Below are positions 11,990 to 24,013 of a stretch of 57,620 nt of DNA, one piece after another. Every line of letters begins with the position of its first letter. Within the stretch, counting starts at the first letter, position 1. The translations under genes were made by a program, and so were the position numbers. The notes under the pieces were generated by a model. It made no database searches. It was not told where the DNA came from and saw only the letters and a program-made list of their open reading frames with translations. Location: the NCBI GenBank assembly GCA_003344405.1, contig NOWV01000215.1:62001-119620 (forward strand), written 5' to 3'. The DNA is from Trichoplax sp. H2. Its lineage: Eukaryota.

Positions 11990-13975
11990 GATGGCAATGC
12001 TTCTTGCTTTTTGTCCATTTTGTCCTGATGGACTTTATTAGCATGCTCTGTCGTTTCATTGCAAGAGACTCCCTATCAAGCCTGTCCCTCTGGCTCCTTC
12101 TTGCTGTTAGAAAAGCTCTATTTGAAATATTCTAGAAACAAATACAGCAGTTGCAGCATGAGTTCAATCTAGGCATGACTTGCTCTTTATTTGTCCATTT
12201 TGTCTTGATGGACTTTATTTGCATGCTCTGTCATTTCATTGCAAGAGGCTCCCTATCAAGCCTGTCTCTCTGGTTCCTTCTTGCTGTTAGAAAAGCTCTA
12301 TTTGAAATATTCTAGGAACAAACATAGCTAGTTTAATTTAGGCAATACTTCCTCTTTCTTTTTGTCCATTTTGTCCTGATGGACTTTATTAGCATGCTCT
12401 GTCATTTCATTGTTCCTTTCGTACTCATAGAAAAGCTCTATTTGAAATATTCTAGGAATAAGCACAGCGAGTTCAGTTTAGCCATTACTTCCTCTTTCTT
12501 TTTGTCCATTTTCTCCTGATGGACTTTATTAGCAAGCTCTGTCGTTTCATTGCAAGAGACTCCCTATCAAGCCTGTCCCTCTGGCTCCTTCTTGCTGTTA
12601 GAAAAGCTCTATTTGAAATATTCTAGGAGCAAGCACAGCGAATTCAATTTAGGCATTACTTCCTCTTTCTTTTTGTCCATTTTGTCCTGATGGACTTTAT
12701 TAGCAAGCTCTGTCGTTTCATTGTAAGAGACTCCCTATCAAGCTTGTCCCTCTGGCTCCTTCTTGCTCTTAGAAAAGCTCTATTTGAAATATTCTAGAAA
12801 GAAATACAGCAGTTGCAGCATGAGTTCAATTTAGCCATTACATCCTCTTTCTTTTTTGTTCATTTGTCTTGATGGACTTTATTTGCATGCTCTGTCATTT
12901 CATTGCAAGAGGCTCCCTATCAAGCCTGTCTCTCTGGTTCCTTCGTGCTCATAGGAAAGCTCTATTTGAAATATTCTAGAAACAAATACAGCAGTTGCAG
13001 CATGAGTTCAATCTAGGCATGACTTGCTCTTTATTTGTCCATTTTGTCTTGATGGACTTTATTTGCATGCTCTGTCATTTCATTACAAGAGGTTCCCTAA
13101 CAAGCTTGTCTCTCTGGTTCCTTCGTGCTCATAGGAAAGCTCTATTTGAAATATTCTAGAAATAAGTACAACAGTTGCAGCATGAATTCAATCGAGGCAA
13201 TGCTTCCTCTTTCTCTTTTATGTCCGTTTCGTCCTAATGTACTTATTGGTATGATCTGTTTTTATTGAAAGTAATCTCGCTAGAAACAAATACAGCAGTT
13301 GCAGCATGAATTCAATCGAGGCGATGCCTCCTCTTTCTCTTTTATGGCCGTTTCGTTTTAATGTACTTATTTGGTAAGATCGGTTTTAATTGAAAGTAAT
13401 CTCGCTAGAAACAAATACAGCAGCTACAGCATGAATTCAATCAAGGCAATGCTTTCTCGGATCGAAAGTAATATCCGACTCCTACAATTTTTATACACTT
13501 CGATAGTATTTTCGTACTGTTGATACGAAGAGAGTATCAGTTCGTCGTCATTCAATCATAACGGAAAGTCAATGAAAATGGCTTGTCCAAAGCTTCTTTA
13601 CAGTGGTAGTCACTTTTCTACCTACTGTACTGTAGTTATAGAGCAGACATCACTACAGTAAGAGCTGGATCGTAAAGGCAGATTGCCTACCGCTTTGTTG
13701 CAATCTTCTTAATTAATTAAAATCTAAAAAAACTGTAGGAGTCGGATACTACTGTTGAATAGTGTTGATCCGTTTCCTCTTTCTCTTTCATGTCCGTTTC
13801 GTCCTAATGTACTTATCGGTATGATCTGCTTTATTGAAAGTAATCTCGCTAGAAACAAATGCAACAGCTGTAGCATGAATTCGATCGAGGCAATGGCTTC
13901 CTCTTTCTCTCTTTATGTCCATTTCGTCCTAATGTACTTATTTATTGGTATGGTCTGTTTTTATTGAAAATAATA
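11990..13975. repeat. Tandem repeat array, about 11 units of ~124-185 bp with two subtypes, interrupted by a small insertion
   Basis: Recurring TTGTCCATTTTGTC(C/T)TGATGGACTTTATT, AAAGCTCTATTTGAAATATTCTAG and CAGCAGTTGCAGCATGA(G/A)TTCAAT. Unit starts are near 12011, 12191, 12362, 12502, 12673, 12856, 13035, 13220, 13344, 13790 and 13915. A further degenerate unit lies near 14250-14330. Confidence 0.93.
13458..13772. mobile_element. MITE-like non-autonomous insertion (~315 bp) with inverted repeats
   Basis: AGTAATATCCGACTCCTACAATTTTTATACA (13467-13497) is the reverse complement of TCTAAAAAAACTGTAGGAGTCGGATACTACT (13723-13753) with 4 mismatches. Outer ends are CGGATC/GATCCG, flanked by TTTCT/TTTCC. 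The element splits one satellite unit, which resumes after it. Confidence 0.65.
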
Positions 13976-15901
13976 TCGGAATCAACTCGTTTCTTGGAAA
14001 CGGTCCCAAACCAACACCACAATTTGAGCACGAGTTCAGAAATGCTTTCTCGTTTTTTATTTTTTTATTTTGCCGTGATGAGGTGATTGGCCTTGTCTAT
14101 TGCCATCCTTGTTATAGATTTAGTGTCTGGACATTTTTGAAAATATCTACAATCATTCATGCAATGATATCCGGTTTCAAGCGAGCTCCGGGTTACTACT
14201 TTTACAAAAGTTATTCAACTCTTCTCCAAATAAACACAACTATTAGAGCATCAGTTTAATTTAGCCCATGCTTGCTCCTCTTCTATTTCCATCCATTTCG
14301 CCCTGTTTTACTTAATTGCATGGCCAATTAGTATCACTGTTTTAGGTTTAGGATCAGAATTTACTGGCAAATTACATATGAGTAACAATAAAAAACTATC
14401 CATTTTGTACAACAGTCAATTCATTATACTCGTATTTAGTTGGTAAATTATTAAAAGAAGAAGCATTGACTACTTACTGTATGTCAAGCTAATACTCGAG
14501 TCTGCTGTTTATTTCTAGGATATTTAATGTTACATAGAATTAGAAGTGATGAGGATTAAGACGATTTATATATATAGAACGGTGACTAGCACACAGTTCG
14601 CGATACTTGGCGTAGTTCTTTACTAAGCGGAATGCTTCACTTACCATGTGCTTATTTGTATGATCTGTTGGAATCAAGGCAAATAGTATTTAGTATTTAT
14701 ACGGGCAATGCTTGCTCTTATAAATATTTTTTGACTCCAAATACTTCCTGATGCACTAATTGGTTATGTGGTATTGCCTATAGTCGTGGTACCTAGTTAT
14801 GATATTTATTTTGAATGAAACTCCAGTATAGAAGTTGGGACAAATAGAGGAGTCATAAAGTTCTCACCTAAGCTCCGTCCTTCAACTCTTTCGCACCTTG
14901 GCTTACACTACACCATCCGAAGCTTTAGCTTGCGGAATCTGCTCATAGCGTTTGGCACAATTATTCATGACCAAACGGAAACTACTATTAAAGGAGATTT
15001 ATTAATCAGGGAAATTGAAATTTTTCGGTCTTACAAGCATCAATCTTATCGATCACAATGTACAGCAAACGCTAGCGTACGGTGAATAACTTTATAGATT
15101 AATTAATCAATCATCCGCTGTATTCTTCGTGCGTATTGCTTAAACTAGACACTTTAGCCTCAGGTTCTTCAATTTAGCACCTACCTTTATAAATATTGTG
15201 TTGACAAACTATTTGCATTAAAAACGGTCATACTCAAGATACAATCCAACATGAATTACCGTAGAATTACTATCTATCAAATAAAATATCACACCAGTTA
15301 TCATTAACATATGATATTGTTCTTAATATCGTGTATTTCTATTTAAATAGCAATTCCATCATGTGGCAAAGGCTTCATATTGAGCATTGGTTAATAAATT
15401 ATTCTGCATACTCGTCGTGCGACGACATTGGTCTGCTCAGCTAATATCTTGAATAAATAAAGAAATCAAATTTTAGAATGGTCTAAAGTGTCATTACTGT
15501 TTATAATAATGATGCTGAATATCCATCCACTGATTTAAACTAGATTTGCGTGTAGTGGCGGCTTCTGCGATACCGTTAGGAATTTCTCACTTGGCGCCAT
15601 CATGACACCATCATACAGTAGTTAAGGATAAAACTCTGTAGACAGACAACCAATACAACTTACCGTAAGAGTAGAACTTTAAAGTCAAATGAACATTACT
15701 GTATCCTGTCGTAAATGGAAAGACTGTACAATCAAGTCATCCCTATTTTACAATCTTGACTGCATATAATTATATAATTATCAGACTTGAGTGCGACTAT
15801 TTCGGCATTTGTGGGCCTATCAGACGCTAAAATTTGATTTTCAAATCCATTGATTTGGCCAACTTTAAAGCAAAACGTAGCCGCTGTTTGCAATACGCTC
15901 A

Positions 15902-18900
15902 ATGAAAACGGTCCTAGTTCTTGGCAGTGGAGGCAGGGAACATGCAATAGCTTGGAAACTGTCTGAAAATTCTGATATTCACAAGGTATATGTAGCACCA
16001 GGCAATGGTGGTACCGAAAATGAATGGAAATCAGCTAATGTTCATCTTTCATTGCACAATTTTGATGAAATTTCAGCCTGGTGCCAACATGAGCGAATAG
16101 CGATGGTGGTCGTTGGGCCTGAGGCACCTTTGGCCGATGGAATAGTCGATTTCTTACAACAGAGACAAATTCCGTGCTTTGGTCCAAGTAAAGCAGCTGC
16201 AAGATTGGAATGGGATAAGTGCTATGCCAAGGAAATAATGCAGTCATGCAATATTCCTACCGCTAAATGGAAATCCTTTACTCAATTTCAAGAAGCGATC
16301 GATTACATTGGAAGGTAGTTTAAAAACGACCATTGCCGTACTTGTGGTCATACTTACTTTAAATTCTTTAGCTTTGGGAAGATTGCGATTAATTACAACA
16401 CCACAAGCGGTACTGCACACAAAATGATCCAAGTTATTTTTTCTTTTAATTGTAGCAATCAACAATCTCGTTACGTTATTAAAGCAAATGGCCTTGCAGC
16501 TGGAAAAGGTGTTACTATTTGTTGTAGTCAAGAAGAAGCGGAAACAGCCATCATCGACATTTTAATAGTACGTATTACAGCTATCATTTTGCGGTAGATT
16601 TTATCTTTCAAGTTACTTGAACGAGCTCGAAACTATCAACTGTAGTAATGTCTTGACTATTCTTGTTCCGTACAGAATAATAAATTTGGAGAGAAAAAGG
16701 TCATTATTGAAGAATGCTTGCATGGAGATGAAATCTCGGTAATGGGCTAGTCATTAATCAAGAAATATGCTGTACTTTTCCCTTTTTAAAGGATTTACGG
16801 CTCATTCGATTGTAGATTGGAATAAAGGTTAACTATATGTACACGATTTTCATTAGGTTCTAGCTTTCTGCGATGGGGCTAATGTCAGCATAATGCCATA
16901 CGTCCACGATTATAAGAGACTATACGATGGCGATTTAGGTCCAAATACAGGAGGAATGGGGGCATTTGCTCCATATACTAAGGTTAGTATTCATTGATGA
17001 ATTTTGCAAAGATAGCTCTACACTTGAAAGTTGTAATATTAATATGCATTGCTATAATTATGCTAAAATGCGACCAGAATAAACTCATTATCCTGTAAGC
17101 AAGCCATTAATAAAGCCTTCTAATTTTTGTAACATGCCAATATTAGGTTTCAGATGACGATGACAGATGTATCCGGGAAGAAATTATATTCAAGATCATT
17201 TCAAAAATGAAAAGCCTTGGCCATCCATATAACGGGATCTTATATGCTGGCATAATGCTTACAAATGATGGTCCGAAAGTACTAGAGTTCAATTGTAGAT
17301 TGGGTGATCCTGAAGCGCAGGTAAAACTCCAAGAAATAGCAGTACATGCCTAATGGCTGATTGATTGCCTGGTAGGACTGTATGGGTTTCATTTTTAATA
17401 GTATTAGCAAATAAATTGTATTCAGCTATTCTTTCATAACTAGAAATACTAAGAATAGGCGTTAGTGTGAACAGCGCTGTCATGTTGCTTTAGGTTTTAC
17501 TACCTTTACTGAAAAGCGACTTGTTCAATATTCTGGAAGATTGCATCAAGCAAAACTTGAATCGTATCGTTGAATGGCATCCAGATTATGCCGTAGGAGT
17601 AGTATTAGTGAGTAGAGGTTACCCTGGACCATACCAGACTGATGTTGAAATTCATAGCATTAATAAAGCTGCCACATTTGCTGGTATAGAAATATTCCAC
17701 GCTGGAACTGCATTAACAGGTAAAAATTGAAATTTACATAATATCTGCATAGTATCCTAGTATCGTAGTATTAAATACCTATAAATCAATCTGACCTGAA
17801 TATTTTGATTAAAAACGAGATAATGGTCGACATAAACGACTAATAGCAGATCTTATCGTGATCGTGTGAGCTTCGAATCATTTATAGTAACTTGCTACAA
17901 ATGATTGCGCATCGGAAATACTTTAAGAGCTAGCTTTAATCTTCTCATGTACGATTATGTTACTACTGTTAAAAAATTTTTATTTACGCGTATAATTCCA
18001 TTTTGCTACATACTGTAGCATCGAAATTTGTAGGAATTTCAATCTACCGCTAAATTTACGTTAATAAACATTCTAGATTTTGAAGCTATTATGTTAGCGA
18101 TCACAGTATTGCTATAAGATTTTATTTATCAATGCTTAGATAATATGGATCACCAAGTATTAACTAAAAAAGGAAGAGTTATGACAGTGACCGCCAAAGC
18201 ATCGTCTCTTTCTAAAGCATCAATCATAGCTTATCGGGCTATTGATTGCATTAACTTTGAAGGAAAGATGTTTCGGAAAGATATCGGTGCTAAATCTTGG
18301 CTTGATAGTGATAGGTAATTTTTGACTTTACAAGTTTCATTCACTTCTGTTCCTTTCCATCTGTAAATGGAATGCTTTCTTCATAGACGAGATCTAACAC
18401 GTTTTGTATACGTTATAGTTATATGGACTAAATTGATTATCCTGGTATTCTATTAATGCAAAATTAGTAAAACAAGTTGTACTTCAATGTAGGACCTAAA
18501 TTTCAAAACATAACTGTTCTCTATTACAATCTATTGGAGCATAATTATAATTTAAATACAGTAAAATCATTAACTAACCATTTAAATATAGCAAAAAGTG
18601 ATTTCAGTTCTTAAATGAGCCAACATGGTACTATTTCCGTATATACCGTATATATAAAGGACGCAATATCTATAACAGTTACGTGAATAATACAGTGACC
18701 ATTGAATGATGCAGATTACCTGATGGCCTAACTTATAAAGCATGCGGAGTTAATATTGGAGCTGGTAATGATCTCGTGGCAAATATACAATCACTGGCTA
18801 AGTCAACGCTTAGGCGAGGTTGTAGTGAAGAAATAGGAGGGTTTGCCTCATTATTAGATTACTCAGCTACCACATATCAAAGTCCGTCTATTATTGTCAC

Positions 18901-21331
18901 TACAGATGGTGTTGGGACTAAGTTAATGGTATGATTTTTATAATTTAAAGGCTGTTTTTGGCCGCTGGATATTTAATTATAGACGCCATATAATCCCTAA
19001 TTATTTTGTCCAAATGGAATCTTTAACAAAATTAGATTTGTCAAGAAATTAATTATCATAATAGTATTGGAATTGATCTTGTTGCCATGTCCGTTAATGA
19101 TCTCCTAGCAAGAGGCGCTGAAGCTGTTGCTATGTTGGACTACATTTCATACAGTTCTCTTGGCAAAGAAGTTATCCAAGCCATACTTTCCGGGATTGCA
19201 ACTGGCTGCCGTATAGCTGGTTGTGCTCTTGTTGGTGGTGAAACTGCTCAAATGCCAGGGCTTTATCCTGTTGGTACATATGATCTTGCCGGATTTGCTA
19301 TAGGATTTGTCGAACGCGGTCAGGATCTACCTGAAATAGATACGATTATACCCGGTAGGTTTCATAGCTTTTATCATTTGCCAAGACCTATTCGGATATA
19401 TGAGAGAAAATACCAGACATCTTCTTCATCGATAATTAATTATAATTAGCTTGAAGTGATTGTTTCTAATAAGAGGACTGACCCATATCCAAATTATTAT
19501 TTGCAAATACGGGTGTAGGAGATAAAGTGATAGGTATTGCTTCATCGGGAATTCATAGCAACGGATTCAGCTTAATTAGACGAATTGTTGAACAAAAACA
19601 GTTACATTATGATATGCCGGCACCATTTTCGGTCCATTCATCCAATATTGGTACAGCTCCAATGTCATTAGGTATGTATAAATGGCTAGAGTAACGACTG
19701 CATACCAGTTTTGTTTTATAATACTTTTATGAAGAAATTTTCGCCATATGCGAAGATCAATAAAATTCTGACTGCTTCATAACATTTTCTAAAGGTAAAG
19801 CCCTCTTAATTCCAACGAAAATTTATTGTCGATCATTATTGTCGGTGCTAAGATCATCGTTGGTGAAAGCTTATGCTCATATTACTGGCGGTGGCTTAGT
19901 AGATAATGTTAGCCGCATTTTACCCCAAAATTGTAAAGCAGTAATTGATGCTCATCAATGGAAAATGGCTGATGTATTTAAATGGATAGCAAACGAAGGT
20001 AAACGGTGCAACATCTACGAAGACAGTAGGTCGAATTCTCGATAAATAGATTGTGAGTTTTGAATCTACTTTAATTATTACTACCGAGCAGGCAATGTCT
20101 ACCCTGATGAGATGTTGAAAACTTTTAACTGTGGCATTGGAGCTGTACTGATTTGTAGTGCAAATGCTCACAATGCATTGCTCGAACTATTAGCAGCCAG
20201 CGGAGAAGAGTACTGGTCTATAGGCAATATTGAAAGTATTAGACCTGGAGAGCTAAAAATTCAAGTGCAACATCTGTATGAAGTTCTGTATGATCAAAAC
20301 ATCGTAGGTAATTGGCTTTTTTAATTTCTACATCTTTCTGAGCTGATAATGACATAAAAGCTTTTGGCGTTGTAACAGTTAAAAATATTTCAGTTTCGTT
20401 GCCCAAAAAGTATCGTCTCGCTGTTCTGATTTCTGGCACTGGAACCAATCTACAAGCGATCATAGATTACGCTAAAGCTGAAAAATATCGAATAGAAGTA
20501 GTTTTGGTTATTTCTAATGTCGATAAAGTAGCGGGACTTGAGCGAGCAAGGCAGAATAACATTGAAAATATCGTAAGCATTTAGACTATCATAATCTTTT
20601 CTAACAACTTACCATTAGAAATTGTTATTCAAATGATGAATTAATGATAACATAGTAGTGCAAACCAATATTAGAATTCGATGAAAATGAACGGCGTTTA
20701 ATGAGTTTGTTTCCTTAGGTAATTGATCATAAACGTTATACTACGCGGAAGCAATTTGAAAAGGAACTGGATCATGTGTTAAAAGAAAAATCTGTTAACT
20801 TAATCTGCTTAGCAGGATTTATGAGAATTTTAACTATAGATTTTGTTAATCAGTGGAAGGGGAAAATAATAAATACGCATCCATCCTTACTGCCTGCATT
20901 CCCAGGTTGTGGAGCAGTTTTACAAGCTCTCACTGCTGGAGTAAAAATAACAGGCTGCACTATTCACTTCGTTGAGGTAATATTTCTAATTCTACTGATA
21001 ATATGAATCTTGCTTCTGTGCCACATATAGTGTCTGATATATTCTCTCGTTGGCATAAGCTTAGTTATGATCATATATTTGCACACTTTGTTATAATCTC
21101 AATACAAAAATTGAAATGTAGGCGAAGGTTGATTCCGGCCCTATCATAGTTCAAGAAAGTGTACCGATATTGCCTGATGATTCAGAGACGACCTTAAGCC
21201 AACGAATTAAAACAGCAGAGCACCGATGTTATCCACAAGCTATTGATTTAATCATTAAAGAGCAAGTTAAATACGTAGATGGTAAATTATCATGGTTAAC
21301 GAGCCATAGCGATAGTAGCGATTATAGATAA
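15902..21331 (+). CDS. GART: Trifunctional purine biosynthesis protein GARS-AIRS-GART, multi-exon
   Basis: [171 protein letters not shown]. Stop TAA at 21329-21331. Confidence 0.97.
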
Positions 21332-23161
21332 GCAAATACCGTACTGTATTGCATTAATACTTTCATTAAATAGTGACTACGACTAACCTGACCCTATAGG
21401 TATAAATGCAGATAAATAATGGCTATTAACAACTCCGAGTTAAGAGAAAGAATAATCAGTAGTATCCATGTAGTATGCATGATTATCACAACTGCGTAAA
21501 ATTCCTTTTTGGAGCGAAAATGTGTTGAATCTAAGTAAGCTAAGATAATTATAATTTTCTAAGACTTTGAATTGAGAAATAAAATGCGTTTGACTTCTGC
21601 CTTTACAACTCATTTAGCAACCATCTCGAACTTTAGAGGATATATCCTCGAAACCTAAATCAAATGAGTAATTTGAAACAAATTTTATGATGTAGTTGGT
21701 ATGAAGTAGACAAAAAAATATGTCTTCGTTATGTTAAATCGCGATTCTTATAGACTATGACACCAATGGACGTCAAGAATAATTGGTCAGATTTAATTAA
21801 GACTAAAGTTCTGAAGAGAAAGATTATATAAAAAAAGGAATCTCATATACTTATACAATACTAATAATTCAAAGGTCGTTCGTATGATATACAAATTAAT
21901 TATATAATGAATTATAATTTAAAAGCCTGTAATAAGAATTTATGGTTTTAACAGTAATTATTATCTAATATTTACGACATATAAATGAAGTTCTTGCATT
22001 CTCTAGCAAATAGCTTATTCATGATAACATTATTTTAGAGTTAAAAGTAATCGTTAAGTATGTGTTTTATGGAATCACTTGTAATTGTCTTAAACTATCG
22101 CCCGTCGTGCTCTACTTCCCGTTATGTTTTTATAGCTACAAGTAAAATTAAAGTATTGATCAGTAACTATACGTCTTTATTGCACATTGGTGCAAACTTT
22201 AACCTAATAGTAAAACTACTTATATACGGTAATGAATTTTAATTCGTCGATCTCGACGGTTTCCTAATATGCGCGTAAACAGTTGCAATAGGTTGCCAAA
22301 TTGTATTTTATTAACTGAATTGGTCGAAAAGCTAGAAGTATTTTATAAAAAGTACGATACGGTACGGATAGTCAACATAGTTTCGTTGGTTTAGGAGATC
22401 TCATTGAATGAGTTTATTATTTGGAACACTGTAATTGTTAGGAAACAAGCGTTGGTAAAATAATTTTATCTACTTTCAGTAAACATACTCTCACATTGTG
22501 ATGAATGCATATGTTATACACAATGATAATAAAATACGATTCAGAATCATAGAAATACATTTATTTGCATCTGTAAACTTGCCAGAAATACATTAAACAC
22601 CGTTTGAGACTACATAGAGCATGCAATCTACATCATAACATGAATGATCACATTTCGCCACATATTACGTGATTATGAAAGACTCTAGAGATATAACCAA
22701 TAAGTTAAAGTGGATTTATAAATATGCAATATTAAGCAGAGAAATAATCGCGGCAGAGTGATGTAAGAGCCTCACCAATGTGACTTGACTATCCAAATAA
22801 TGCGAATTTGCATGGTCTAATATCACACTTAGTATAAACCAGCTACTAATTGATGATGAAAAATAGGCACACAAATTAAACAAGACAATAGTAAAGATAC
22901 AACCGAAAAGAATTCGCGGTATTCATTAACATTGAGTCTATAATGAGGAATAACGTAGAACATATCAAGCATCATTTACCTATGTACTTCTTACCACTTA
23001 AATGTACCTTAGAATGTCTAACTCTATTTCGCATCGCTATTGTTATAACCTTAAAATCCCATTCTACATTTCGTTAAATACTACAAAAGTTTTTCGAACT
23101 TATAAGTACGCAATTACTGGCAATCTACAGTGTTAGCATGCATTCCTAGCTACAATCAACT

Positions 23162-24013
23162 TTATCCAAGTTCTAAGCAAGTAATAGCAAAAACTTTGTT
23201 GACATCATATGCAAAGGTTCCGTCTGTGTACATTCTGACAGTTTCAAATATTGGTTCTAATTGCAGTTTTTCAACAAGTTTGATGCCCATTTCGTTTTCC
23301 ATTGGAACATCCAAAAGAATTTTGCAATCTTGGAATGTTTCTACTAACGCACGAACTAAAGTCTCGGCAATGTCAGTATTTTCTGCATATAAAGGCCCAA
23401 TTCTATAGCCCAAAACAGCTTTTCGTATAGTACCATATCCTTGAATAGCTTTATCATTATCCAAATAAACCAAGCTACGATCTGTTCCTGTATTCATTAG
23501 CGAAGCTAAAAAGTACTTTCGAAGGCCAGGGGAAAAGTGTCTATCATATTCTACCATTTTGTCAAAGGCCACACTTTTAGCTTCCACAATGTTATCACAA
23601 GGGCTCTCTAATTTACCAATCGGTCCAATGTAGCGCATATTACGATGAACAGTTTGAAAGCCAAACTTTTGGTAATTGCTTACCTGTTGAAGTACAGCAT
23701 CAAGTCCGATTTTTTTATAATCCTTGACGGTATTCATTGCATGCTGAAATAGCTTTAATCCATAGCCTTTACCTCGATATTCCTTTTCAACGATATAATA
23801 TCCGATAAAAGCAAATTCCTCATATTTAACGGCCGATATACAGGCAATCGGTTGATCATTGAGCAAGCCAATAAAGAAACCTGTTGGATCAGCTTGGTGG
23901 AAAGTAGTTGCATCTTTACAGCCGGGATTCCAACTTTCACTATCGGCCATTTTAATAACCCACTTTACCTGATCAGAGGAAGCCACTACAATTTTATAGT
24001 CCTCGTTATCCAT
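23162..24013 (-). CDS. Two-domain GNAT acyltransferase (YitH/HolE-like), copy 1, 283 aa, uninterrupted CDS
   Basis: ESWNPG..DA..F..ADPTGFFIG, acetyl-CoA-binding motif A EYRGKGYG, IGLDAV..QVSNYQKFGF, second domain GYGTIRK...YRIGPLYAE, C-terminus FAITCLELG. Confidence 0.9.
   Translation of the reverse strand: MDNEDYKIVVASSDQVKWVIKMADSESWNPGCKDATTFHQADPTGFFIGLLNDQPIACISAVKYEEFAFIGYYIVEKEYRGKGYGLKLFQHAMNTVKDYKKIGLDAVLQQVSNYQKFGFQTVHRNMRYIGPIGKLESPCDNIVEAKSVAFDKMVEYDRHFSPGLRKYFLASLMNTGTDRSLVYLDNDKAIQGYGTIRKAVLGYRIGPLYAENTDIAETLVRALVETFQDCKILLDVPMENEMGIKLVEKLQLEPIFETVRMYTDGTFAYDVNKVFAITCLELG

Noticed and set aside
8640..13975. Repeat arrays as possible CRISPR arrays
   Set aside because: Whole units are repeated with no unique spacers, units are 120-185 bp, there are no cas genes, and the context is eukaryotic.
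20308..20342. Apparent 35-nt intron with a GAG acceptor in GART
   Set aside because: A conventional TTTCAG acceptor at 20393 gives an in-frame 86-nt intron, which is more plausible.
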